The translations under genes and the position numbers were made by a program. A DNA stretch of 46,925 bases from an uncultured Pseudomonadales bacterium (GTDB taxonomy: Bacteria > Patescibacteriota > Microgenomatia > UBA1400 > CAYNFZ01), in the NCBI GenBank assembly GCA_964398525.1, contig CAYNMS010000008.1, forward strand, positions 1-46,925. Reading direction: 5' to 3'. Under the pieces are notes generated by a model. The model had not been told where the DNA came from and made no database searches. It saw nothing but the letters and a program-made list of their open reading frames with translations. Numbering within the stretch: the stretch's first letter is position 1; each line of letters begins with the position of its first letter. Of the stretch, positions 8,384 through 16,409 are shown in pieces.

Positions 8384-8494
8384 TCAGAGAATAGATTAAG
8401 AATTCTCGATCTGGGATTTGGAAAATTTGATTTTTACCCAAATGTTGTGTGAAATTTTCATTCTTGAGGAAAGACTTTAAGAGGAGATTGGAAA

Positions 8495-9733
8495 TTGAGC
8501 CTCTTGAGGAATGTTAATTTGGCATATAATATTTTGGTGAAAACTAGATCTCTTAAAAGTAATCTTCAAGTTGCATATTTCTTATCATTTGTTAGTCAGT
8601 TATTTTTTCCAATCGCCATTTGGTTGTTTTTTTACTCCAAGTTTTTGGATTTTAAACAAATCGCTCTAATGACTGCTGTGGGAAGTATCGCCACCATACT
8701 TTTTGAAATCCCAACAGGTGCTTTTGCCGATATTGTGGGCAGGAAAAAAGCCATCGTATTATCTTATTTATTGTTTGCTGTGAGTATGTTGCTGACAGCA
8801 TATTCTCAAACTTTTATAGTCTTTGTTTTATTGGGAGTGGCGAGCGCTCTGGTTAATGCTTTGTATTCTGGAAGTCTTGAAGCACTTGTTTATGACACCT
8901 TAAAAGAGTCAGGGAGAGAAGTAGAATATGACCAAGTGATTTCTAGGATGGATGCTATCGCATGGTTGGGCCTGTTCGTGGGTTCAGTAACGGGAGGGTT
9001 TTTGTTTGCAGTTTCTTACAGATTACCTTTTTTAGCACAGGCTTTGATTACATTTCTGGCTTCTATTTTTGCACTTAAACTAAGCGAGCCTTCTATTGAT
9101 TCAGAGAAACATAAGTTGAGCGACTTTGTTGTTCAAAACACTAAGGGATTCAGAGAACTGTTTCACAGTCGAGCAACTACTAGATTGGTTATAATTTTTA
9201 TTACTATTGGTGCAGGTTATGATATTGCTGCTTCGATTCTTGGAATTTCTCAGGCAAAAGAATATGGAATTGCTCCTGAGATTGTGGGAATCATTTTTGC
9301 AGCCGGATATATCATTTCAGCATTAGCGTCTCATTTTTATCCAATGCTGAGATTAGTCTTAAATAACAAGGCAATTTTGTTGGTTGCTGTTACAGCTTTG
9401 CTTTCAAGCTTTTTGCTGGCTCAATTTGTTGGAGTTATGTTGGGAGCTGGATTAATTATTCTTCGGATTTCAAGTTCTACCTTGTTTAGAAATACTAGGT
9501 CAGTAATGCTAAATCCTTTCTTTTCTTCCAAAAATCGAGCTACCGCACTATCAACCATAAATTTGTTAACAATACTTCCCTACGCGTTGCTGGCTTATTT
9601 CATTGGAGACTATATGGATAAATCATCCCCAAATTCATTTGCTTTTCTTTTGGGCATAGGAATTGCATTTTCTCTATTGTTTACAGAAATACTTTTCTGG
9701 TTCGTTGAGAGATCAAAAAGATCTATTAATTAG
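8495..9733 (+). CDS. MFS transporter
   Basis: 412 aa with about 12 hydrophobic segments and the MFS loop motif GAFADIVGRKKA. TTG start preceded by GAGGAG. Confidence 0.85.
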   Translation: MSLLRNVNLAYNILVKTRSLKSNLQVAYFLSFVSQLFFPIAIWLFFYSKFLDFKQIALMTAVGSIATILFEIPTGAFADIVGRKKAIVLSYLLFAVSMLLTAYSQTFIVFVLLGVASALVNALYSGSLEALVYDTLKESGREVEYDQVISRMDAIAWLGLFVGSVTGGFLFAVSYRLPFLAQALITFLASIFALKLSEPSIDSEKHKLSDFVVQNTKGFRELFHSRATTRLVIIFITIGAGYDIAASILGISQAKEYGIAPEIVGIIFAAGYIISALASHFYPMLRLVLNNKAILLVAVTALLSSFLLAQFVGVMLGAGLIILRISSSTLFRNTRSVMLNPFFSSKNRATALSTINLLTILPYALLAYFIGDYMDKSSPNSFAFLLGIGIAFSLLFTEILFWFVERSKRSIN

Positions 9734-9768
9734 TTTAGTCTGGTAGACAGCCCAACTTAACTCAAATA

Positions 9769-9830
9769 TTCTACCCTTTCGACTCATTGCGCTCGCTCAG
9801 GATCTATGACTTTCGTTCACAATATTCGAC
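9769..9830. repeat. Island repeat type B, copy 2
   Basis: 57 of 62 nt identical to 8322..8383. Starts 35 nt after the MFS stop. Confidence 0.9.
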
Positions 9831-9889
9831 AGATCTCCTAAGGACTTTCAATTCTAATGCGAAATTGATAGAATCAAATCCTGACAGAC

Positions 9890-10207
9890 ATGCTTTTAGT
9901 GTATATAACCTGCGACAGTGTGGACCAAGCAAAAGGTATTGCTAATCATTTAATGGATAAGAGACTTTGTGCTTGTGTGAATATATTCCCAGAAATGCAA
10001 CCAATGTTCTTTTGGCCACCAAAGTCGGGCAAAATCGATGTGAGTAAAGAAGTGGTATTGATTGCCAAAACGGTTGAATCAAAATATCAGGAGTTGGAGA
10101 AAGAAGTGACTAAAATTCATAGTTACGAAGTGCCTTGTATCTTTGCCATTCCGGTGACCCACGTGGCCAAATCTTATTACGACTGGTTAGTTGGAGAAAT
10201 GGAATAG
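9890..10207 (+). CDS. cutA: Divalent-cation tolerance protein CutA
   Basis: 105 aa. RLCACVNIFP...FFW...VLIAKT...IHSYEVPCIFAIPV...YYDWL matches the CutA1 pattern. Confidence 0.85.
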   Translation: MLLVYITCDSVDQAKGIANHLMDKRLCACVNIFPEMQPMFFWPPKSGKIDVSKEVVLIAKTVESKYQELEKEVTKIHSYEVPCIFAIPVTHVAKSYYDWLVGEME

Positions 10208-10217
10208 GTTTCTCATC

Positions 10218-10266
10218 TTCGAACTAAACAAAAAGGTTCTACTTTAGTCCTACGCTGAAGCTTCGT
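10218..10266. repeat. Island repeat type A, copy 2
   Basis: See 6967..7016. Starts 10 nt after the cutA stop. Confidence 0.85.
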
Positions 10267-10297
10267 AAGGGCAATGCAATATCCGACCCTGTTTGAA

Positions 10298-10321
10298 ATG
10301 ACCCTAGGAAGGGTCATTTTT
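10298..10321 (+). terminator. Rho-independent terminator after cutA (ATGACCCT-AGGA-AGGGTCAT-TTTT)
   Basis: Perfect 8-bp stem, 4-nt loop and T run, read directly. Confidence 0.7.
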
Positions 10322-10467
10322 GTCTGGTACTTTCAGTTCTTTTAGAATGTGTTGTGAATTATTGCTTCTTGAGGAACTTTTTTTGAAAGGCTACTGGAAT
10401 CGAACCCTTCGAGAACACTTATCCCTAAACAATACCAAAAAGTGAAGAGAATTTTTCTGGGTTGAAA

Positions 10468-10815
10468 CTAAGTTTGTGGGTTCAACAAATGGTTCCATCC
10501 TTCTCTTTGTCTTTCGTCCAAATACAATCTGTGATAATTGCCAGCTTGAGTAACAATAAAAGGCTCGCTATCCCAAGATAGATAGAGATCCTCTTTTCTT
10601 TGTCGGGCCAAGTCTTTCATTGGTTCAACTATCAGACTAATTTGATCGCCTGCCATGACTTCCGAAACAATAGGGTCTTCTGAAGTCCCATCTCCTCTCA
10701 TTTTAATGCTTCGACCCTCTGACTCGTTAAACAGAAAATACTCTCTGTACTTAGAGTCTAATTTTTGAGTCAGTACTTGATCAATAATCCATCTTGGTGA
10801 TTCAATTGATCTCAT
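10468..10815 (-). CDS. Hypothetical protein (orphan)
   Basis: 115-aa ORF with no recognisable motif. It is the only long ORF in its region. Confidence 0.45.
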   Translation of the reverse strand: MRSIESPRWIIDQVLTQKLDSKYREYFLFNESEGRSIKMRGDGTSEDPIVSEVMAGDQISLIVEPMKDLARQRKEDLYLSWDSEPFIVTQAGNYHRLYLDERQREGWNHLLNPQT

Positions 10816-10942
10816 AAATAATTTCAGTTAAATAGTAATTGATGCATCAAAGTATATCATTCATACGTATCCAAAATCATGCTGAACTCGCCGGGTTTAT
10901 TCTGAATCAAATTATCAAATAAGGTCTTCTTTCATACACTAG

Positions 10943-11155
10943 CCTAGACAAAACAAGTCTGCTATTAGGCCTTTATTTATTTGGTTTCGCGGGCCTGAGA
11001 TAATTGAAAAAAGTTCTCCTAACTCAATTGCTTTTTTATTAGGTGCGGATATAGTGTTTGCTTTAATGCTAGAAAACGTAGTTTTCTGGTTTATTAGCAG
11101 AACTAGGAAGATTTCTAAATTGCTTGATAGATTGAAGATAATGGGTATGTTGTGA
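10943..11155 (+). pseudogene. 3' remnant of an MFS transporter paralog
   Basis: Hand translation gives ...EKSSPNSIAFLLGADIVFALMLENVVFWFISRTRKISK...*. This aligns with the C-terminus of the 8495..9733 protein (DKSSPNSFAFLLGIGIAFSLLFTEILFWFVERSKRSIN), 16 of 35 identical. There is a TAG upstream at 10940 and no start or N-terminal domains. Confidence 0.65.
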
Positions 11156-11241
11156 ATGAATTTTAAATGTTTGGATGTAAGGCAAAGGCTGAGACTAGAC
11201 CTGCAAACTAGAAAAAATTTATTTTGTGTAAAATGATGTAG

Positions 11242-11988
11242 ATGAAGATTACACTTTTACAGTGGAATGTGTGGACAAAGGAAAAGCCAGAAAAGGTGGT
11301 AAGTTTGATCAGATCCGTTGACCCTGATATTGCTTGTTTGCAAGAACTTACGATTAGACCTAAATCAAGTGGTTTGTTGGATGTGCCCGAGTTTTTGGCA
11401 AATGAACTGGAATATAAACACCACTACATCACTGCCCATGAGTGGCAAACTGATGCGGGACCTAAAAAGCAGGGAAATGGGATATTTTCGAGATTTGCAA
11501 TTGAGAATAAAAGACACAAATTTGTTCAAGTACCGTCTAAGGAAATTTCGAGAGATTATTCAGACGAAGGCAGAGTGTTGGTGAAGGGAGATATACTATT
11601 AGATAAAAAGAGAATAACGGTAGTAACAACTCATTTGTCATATACAGACAGATTTGTTGAGAATGAGAAAAAATTGACAGAAGAGGAAAACCTAATTAGA
11701 GAGTTGAAAACAATTAAGGGAAAGTTGATTTTTGCAGGAGATTTAAATACGACAGAGAATTCTTACTTGGTAAGACAATTGGATCAACTGATGGTTTCAG
11801 CCGGACCAGACTATGGCAACAAAACTTGGACCACCAAACCATTTGAATATATGGGGTTTGTGGAAGATAAGTTGGCATGGAGACTTGATTATGTGTTTGT
11901 CAGCAAAGACATAAAAGTACTTAAGAGTAAAATAATTGATACTAACTTTTCGGACCACTTGCCGATTTTGGTGGAAGTGGAGATTTAG
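11242..11988 (+). CDS. Endonuclease/exonuclease/phosphatase (EEP) family protein
   Basis: 248 aa. LLQWNVW...DIACLQE...GDLN...SDHLPILVEV are EEP catalytic motifs. Confidence 0.85.
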   Translation: MKITLLQWNVWTKEKPEKVVSLIRSVDPDIACLQELTIRPKSSGLLDVPEFLANELEYKHHYITAHEWQTDAGPKKQGNGIFSRFAIENKRHKFVQVPSKEISRDYSDEGRVLVKGDILLDKKRITVVTTHLSYTDRFVENEKKLTEEENLIRELKTIKGKLIFAGDLNTTENSYLVRQLDQLMVSAGPDYGNKTWTTKPFEYMGFVEDKLAWRLDYVFVSKDIKVLKSKIIDTNFSDHLPILVEVEI

Positions 11989-12026
11989 GTATCATTAATT
12001 TAAATTTGGAGTGATATACTGGCCAT

Positions 12027-12467
12027 ATGAAAATTGGGGTGGATTTTGTGGGGGTGAGTACGTCATTTTACTGTAATGATGGTAGGGGTAATTACTTATT
12101 GCATAAGCGAGGTAAGAATTGCAGGGATGAAGTCGGAAAATGGGATCCGGGTGGTGGAAAGTTGGAGTTTGGACTAACACTAGAGGAAAATGTCTTGAAA
12201 GAAGTAAGAGAGGAATACGGATGTGAAGGAACAATTCAAAGAAAATTGCCTGCATATAACTTGATAAGAATAAAAGGGAATCTTGAAACTCATTGGGTAG
12301 TGATTCCTTTTTTAGTGCTGGTTAAGAAAAGCGAGGTAAGGAATAATGAACCGGAAAAAATTGAAGAAATGGGATGGTTTAGGATAAATGAACTGCCAGA
12401 GCCGTTACATCCCGGAATTTTCTATACTTTAAAACACAATAAAGAGTATTTGTTGGATCAGAGTTAA
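12027..12467 (+). CDS. NUDIX hydrolase
   Basis: Nudix box GGGKLEFGLTLEENVLKEVREEYG. Confidence 0.85.
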   Translation: MKIGVDFVGVSTSFYCNDGRGNYLLHKRGKNCRDEVGKWDPGGGKLEFGLTLEENVLKEVREEYGCEGTIQRKLPAYNLIRIKGNLETHWVVIPFLVLVKKSEVRNNEPEKIEEMGWFRINELPEPLHPGIFYTLKHNKEYLLDQS

Positions 12468-12491
12468 AGAAGGTCATGAAATGAGGATTAG

Positions 12492-12926
12492 ATGAAAATT
12501 TCTAAAGCACTGGTGGCGCCAATTAACAATGAAGGACAGATTCTGTTGCAGGATAGGGAAGGGTTTTTGCCTCCGCCGTGGGGATATTTTGGGGGATCTG
12601 TAGAAAAAGGAGAAACGACAATAGAGGCAGCTATTAGAGAAATTGAAGAAGAGTTGGGAGTGAAGTTGAAAACCGGAGATTTGATGGAGGTAGGTAAATT
12701 TGTAGCCAGACTTGAAGGTGGAAAAGAGATTGTGAACTTTGTATATATTTGGAGGATTAACCATAAGCTTGATGAATTGAAGTTAAATGAGGGAAAAGCG
12801 ATGAAATATGTAAGTTTTGATGAGGCAAAGAGGTTACTCACATTTGGAGCGGATAAAGAGATTTTGGAGGCGGTGAAAAAGATGGTGGGATCAAAAAAAG
12901 ATAAATTGCCAGAGGATTCGATCTAG
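12492..12926 (+). CDS. NUDIX hydrolase
   Basis: Nudix box GGSVEKGETTIEAAIREIEEELG. Confidence 0.85.
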   Translation: MKISKALVAPINNEGQILLQDREGFLPPPWGYFGGSVEKGETTIEAAIREIEEELGVKLKTGDLMEVGKFVARLEGGKEIVNFVYIWRINHKLDELKLNEGKAMKYVSFDEAKRLLTFGADKEILEAVKKMVGSKKDKLPEDSI

Positions 12927-13019
12927 CTGTCAGGTGAGAAGTAGATAAACTGAGAGTGAATTATCTTTGCGTTTTTATTACACTGTTGAGGAGATCAATA
13001 AGTAGTACAGGAGGAAGAC

Positions 13020-13241
13020 ATGAAGCTTCCAAAAAATATTTTGTTACTGTTGGCCGGACTCATGCTGTTGGCAGGATGTAATACGGTACCATCTGAAGAG
13101 ATGAATACCGAAACCGGAATAGAAACACAACAGGATCAAACTCAAGAAGTCGATTGGCAAACTATGGAAGAAGAGCAATATCAGGATGATATGGAAGCAG
13201 AACAAATGGAAAGCGAAGACGAAGTAATGATGGAACAGTAG
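13020..13241 (+). CDS. Small acidic Met/Glu/Asp/Gln-rich lipoprotein
   Basis: Signal peptide with lipobox LLAGC. The mature part is about 50 aa and strongly acidic. Confidence 0.6.
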   Translation: MKLPKNILLLLAGLMLLAGCNTVPSEEMNTETGIETQQDQTQEVDWQTMEEEQYQDDMEAEQMESEDEVMMEQ

Positions 13242-13276
13242 GAAACATTAGGTATTAGGATACAGGGGATAGTAAG

Positions 13277-14965
13277 ATGTTACTGGTCGGGTTTGCCTTT
13301 ATTGCAGGATTGGTAACGGTACTGTCCCCTTGTATTTTACCGATATTACCGCTAGTACTGTCAGTCTCGGTAGGAGAGGGTAAAAGAAGACCTTGGGGGG
13401 TAGTGGTAGGTTTTGTGGCAAGTTTTGTATTTTTTACACTGTTTTTGGCAAGTTTAGTAAAGTGGTTTGGGATATCGGCTGATGTGTTAAGGCATGTATC
13501 TGTTGTTATGATCGGGTTATTTGGTATGTCGCTATTGATACCAAAGACTCAGGTAATTCTGGAAAGTTTGTTTAGTAGTCTGAGCAAATATATTCCTAAA
13601 AAACAGAGACAAGGTTTTGGGGGAGGAGTGTTACTTGGGATATCTTTAGGACTGATTTGGACTCCGTGTGTGGGGCCAATTTTGGCTTCGGTAATTGCGC
13701 TGGCATTGACGGGGACTGTGTCTGGAATAGCGGTGGTGATTACACTGGCTTATGCAACTGGAACAGCAATTCCGATGCTTTTGATCATGTATGGGAGTAA
13801 AGGTTTGATGGCAAAGATGCCTGTTTTAAGACAGAATTCAGCAAAAATTCAAAAAGTGTTTGGAATAGTAATGATAGGGGTGGCGGTGGCAATTTTTTTG
13901 GGCTGGGATAGACAGTTTCAAACTTGGATATTGGATAGATTTCCGGGCTATGGAACGGGTCTGACGGCAATTGAGGACAATGAGTTGGTCAAAAATCAGT
14001 TGGAATCATTGAGTGGAGAAGGTCTAGAAGGGGGTTTGCTATTTGAAATTCAAGAGGCAATGAATTATCCAGTAGCACCGGAATTGGTGGGTGGAACGGG
14101 TTGGATTAATTCTGAACCACTAAAAATTCATGAAGAGTTGAAGGGAAAGGTGGTGTTGGTAGATTTTTGGACCTATTCGTGTATCAACTGTATTCGGACA
14201 CTACCGTATTTGACTCAATGGTATGAAAAATACAAAGATGAAGGCTTGGTAATTGTGGGAGTGCATGCACCTGAATTTGAGTTTGAAAAAGAGCGGGAAA
14301 ATGTGATTGAAGCCATGAAAGATTTTGGGGTTTTGTATCCAGTGGTTCAAGATAATGAATTTAGGATTTGGAGAGCTTACGAAAACCGCTATTGGCCAGC
14401 AAAATATCTAATCGATAAACAAGGAAGAATTGTGTACACCCATTTTGGTGAAGGTGCATATCAAGAAACTGAGGAAAAGATTGTGGAACTTTTGGGAGCA
14501 GAGGTAGAGATAGCGGTTGAGCTGGATGAGAAAAAGAGAAAACAGACTCCAGAAATATATTTGGGGTTTGGGAGAGCTCAAGATTATGTGGCAGAGTTGA
14601 GGATAGCTGAGAATGAGGTGGCAGAGTATAGTTTTTTGGAGACCAGATCGGATGAAGTGGGGCTAAGAGGCAAGTGGAGAGTGGAGGAAGAAAGAATAAT
14701 AGCCGAAGAAAACGGGGCAGAATTGGAACTGAATTTCTTAGGTCAACAGGTGTATTTAGTAATGAAAACCAGGGAAAATGAGGGTGAAGTGGAAGTGTGG
14801 TTAGATGGAGAGCGGGTTTTAGAGACTGGTGATACACAAGATGGAGTAATTAAAGTAGAAAAGCCGAGAAAGTATGATGTGGCGGAAAGTGATTATGGGC
14901 GTCACCAGCTGAGATTGGTGTTTGATGAAGGGGTGAGTGCTTACGCGTTTACTTTTGGAAGTTAG
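13277..14965 (+). CDS. DipZ-like protein: CcdA/DsbD transmembrane domain fused to a thioredoxin-like domain
   Basis: N-terminal multi-TM region with Cys in TM1 and TM4 (LSPCILP, WTPCVGP). Periplasmic redoxin domain with WTYSCINC. A C-terminal beta-rich domain follows. Confidence 0.8.
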   Translation: MLLVGFAFIAGLVTVLSPCILPILPLVLSVSVGEGKRRPWGVVVGFVASFVFFTLFLASLVKWFGISADVLRHVSVVMIGLFGMSLLIPKTQVILESLFSSLSKYIPKKQRQGFGGGVLLGISLGLIWTPCVGPILASVIALALTGTVSGIAVVITLAYATGTAIPMLLIMYGSKGLMAKMPVLRQNSAKIQKVFGIVMIGVAVAIFLGWDRQFQTWILDRFPGYGTGLTAIEDNELVKNQLESLSGEGLEGGLLFEIQEAMNYPVAPELVGGTGWINSEPLKIHEELKGKVVLVDFWTYSCINCIRTLPYLTQWYEKYKDEGLVIVGVHAPEFEFEKERENVIEAMKDFGVLYPVVQDNEFRIWRAYENRYWPAKYLIDKQGRIVYTHFGEGAYQETEEKIVELLGAEVEIAVELDEKKRKQTPEIYLGFGRAQDYVAELRIAENEVAEYSFLETRSDEVGLRGKWRVEEERIIAEENGAELELNFLGQQVYLVMKTRENEGEVEVWLDGERVLETGDTQDGVIKVEKPRKYDVAESDYGRHQLRLVFDEGVSAYAFTFGS

Positions 14966-14992
14966 GTCTTTTTGGTTTGTTAAAATGTAAGG

Positions 14993-15742
14993 GTGAAAAG
15001 TGAACTAAATTGGGCAGAAAATTTGGTAAGGCAAGCGGGAGAAGTATTGATTGAATTTCGGGGAAAGAAGCTAAAAAGGAAAATCAAAGAGCATCTGAAT
15101 GATTTTGCAACTGAAGCAGATGAAAGGTCTGAGGAGTTGTTGATCAGTAGCATCTATAAAAATTTTCCCAGGGACAACATATTGGCTGAGGAGTCGGGGT
15201 GGATAAAAAATGAAGGTTTAACTCAAAGGACCTGGATCATAGATCCGTTGGATGGAACGACTAATTTTGCTGACGGGTCAGATGATTTTGGAGTGATGAT
15301 GGCTTTGGCTGAGGGAGAAAGGCTTTTGTGGGCAGTGATTTATAACCCAGTATTAGATATTTTAATGAAAGCATCGGTAGGAGATGGAGCCTGGATTAAT
15401 GGAGAAAGAGTAAATCTTAAACTAGACAAGGAAGTGACAAACCTGAAAGTACAGGCACATGATAACTTAAAAAATAAACTTGAAGCACAGGGGGTGGAAG
15501 TGGTGCCAATAATGTCGTCCGTGAGTGCTGTGTTTGAGCCATTGAGTGGAATTACGCAAGGAAGAGTGGATAACTTAGGTAAGATTTGGGATTTGGCACC
15601 ATCGGCATTAATTCTAAAAGAGGCTGGGTATAAAACCGGAGACTTTAAGGGAAATGAGTATCTTTGGAACCAAAGCCAGAATTTGTTGGCCGTGCCTGAA
15701 GGAGTACATAGGAAGATGGTGAAAATATTAAGCAAAGATTAA
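14993..15742 (+). CDS. Inositol monophosphatase family protein
   Basis: ILAEESG and WIIDPLDGTTNF motifs. GTG start. Confidence 0.85.
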   Translation: MKSELNWAENLVRQAGEVLIEFRGKKLKRKIKEHLNDFATEADERSEELLISSIYKNFPRDNILAEESGWIKNEGLTQRTWIIDPLDGTTNFADGSDDFGVMMALAEGERLLWAVIYNPVLDILMKASVGDGAWINGERVNLKLDKEVTNLKVQAHDNLKNKLEAQGVEVVPIMSSVSAVFEPLSGITQGRVDNLGKIWDLAPSALILKEAGYKTGDFKGNEYLWNQSQNLLAVPEGVHRKMVKILSKD

Positions 15743-15746
15743 GCTT

Positions 15747-16394
15747 GTGTTTGGTTTAGTTTCGGGTTTAAATAAGGGGGTGGTTAAGATTCTGACATAT
15801 TTTAAAGAAATTGATCCAGTTATGTATAAAGCAGCAAGAGAATTTGGTGTGGATGAAATTGTTAAACTCAAAAAAGAAGATTATTTTAGTAAGCTAGTGC
15901 GAGCGATTGTGGGACAACAATTGTCGACAAAAGCGGCAACGACAATTAATGATCGGTTGTCGAAATTGCTTGATGATCGAGTAGAACCGGAAATTATATG
16001 GAAAACGAATGACGAATTGTTGAGAGGAGTGGGCTTGTCTAGGGCTAAAGGTGTATACATCAAGGATCTAGCGCGCCACTACCTTGAGGGGTTGATAGCT
16101 TGGGAGAGACTAGAAATGATGGAAGATGAGGTGGTGATAACGGAATTGATTAAAGTTAAGGGGATAGGCAGATGGACAGCGGAGATGTTTTTGATGTTCA
16201 CATTAGGAAGAGCGGATGTTTTTTCGGTTGGTGATTTGGGGCTTAGACGAGCGATGGAAAGAATATATGAATTGGAAAATCCCAGTGAAGCACAATTGTT
16301 GGCGATGAGCGAGAAATGGTCGCCTTATAGAACTTATGCCAGTATGGTTTTGTGGAGAAGTTTAGATAAAGTTAACAAAACGAAAACAGTTTGA
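15747..16394 (+). CDS. DNA-3-methyladenine glycosylase II / HhH-GPD family
   Basis: VKGIGRWTAEMFLMF...VGDLGLRR is a HhH-GPD motif. The start codon is uncertain (GTG at 15747). Confidence 0.8.
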   Translation: MFGLVSGLNKGVVKILTYFKEIDPVMYKAAREFGVDEIVKLKKEDYFSKLVRAIVGQQLSTKAATTINDRLSKLLDDRVEPEIIWKTNDELLRGVGLSRAKGVYIKDLARHYLEGLIAWERLEMMEDEVVITELIKVKGIGRWTAEMFLMFTLGRADVFSVGDLGLRRAMERIYELENPSEAQLLAMSEKWSPYRTYASMVLWRSLDKVNKTKTV

Positions 16395-16409
16395 ACGAAT
16401 AGCATAGAT

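Noticed and set aside
10396-10406. GGAATCGAACC, the reverse complement of the GGTTCGATTCC T-arm core of the tRNA-Pro at 5086..5096, as a possible inverted tRNA fragment or att scar
   Set aside because: The flanking bases do not form a T stem, acceptor arm or anticodon arm. The 11-mer is the near-universal T-loop consensus and could occur by chance. The orientation is opposite to what a simple attL/attR duplication would give.
5108-10470. Classical integron attC sites
   Set aside because: I looked for RYYYAAC and GTTRRRY cores at the repeat ends and found only one-mismatch approximations (ATTAAAC, ACTAAAC) and no GTTRRRY. No intI is in the window. The cassette-like layout is retained as a finding, but not as a canonical integron.
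11995-12841. Minus-strand ORFs 11995..12255, 12474..12764 and 12488..12841
   Set aside because: They are antisense to the two Nudix genes, which have clear Nudix boxes. These ORFs have no motifs of their own.
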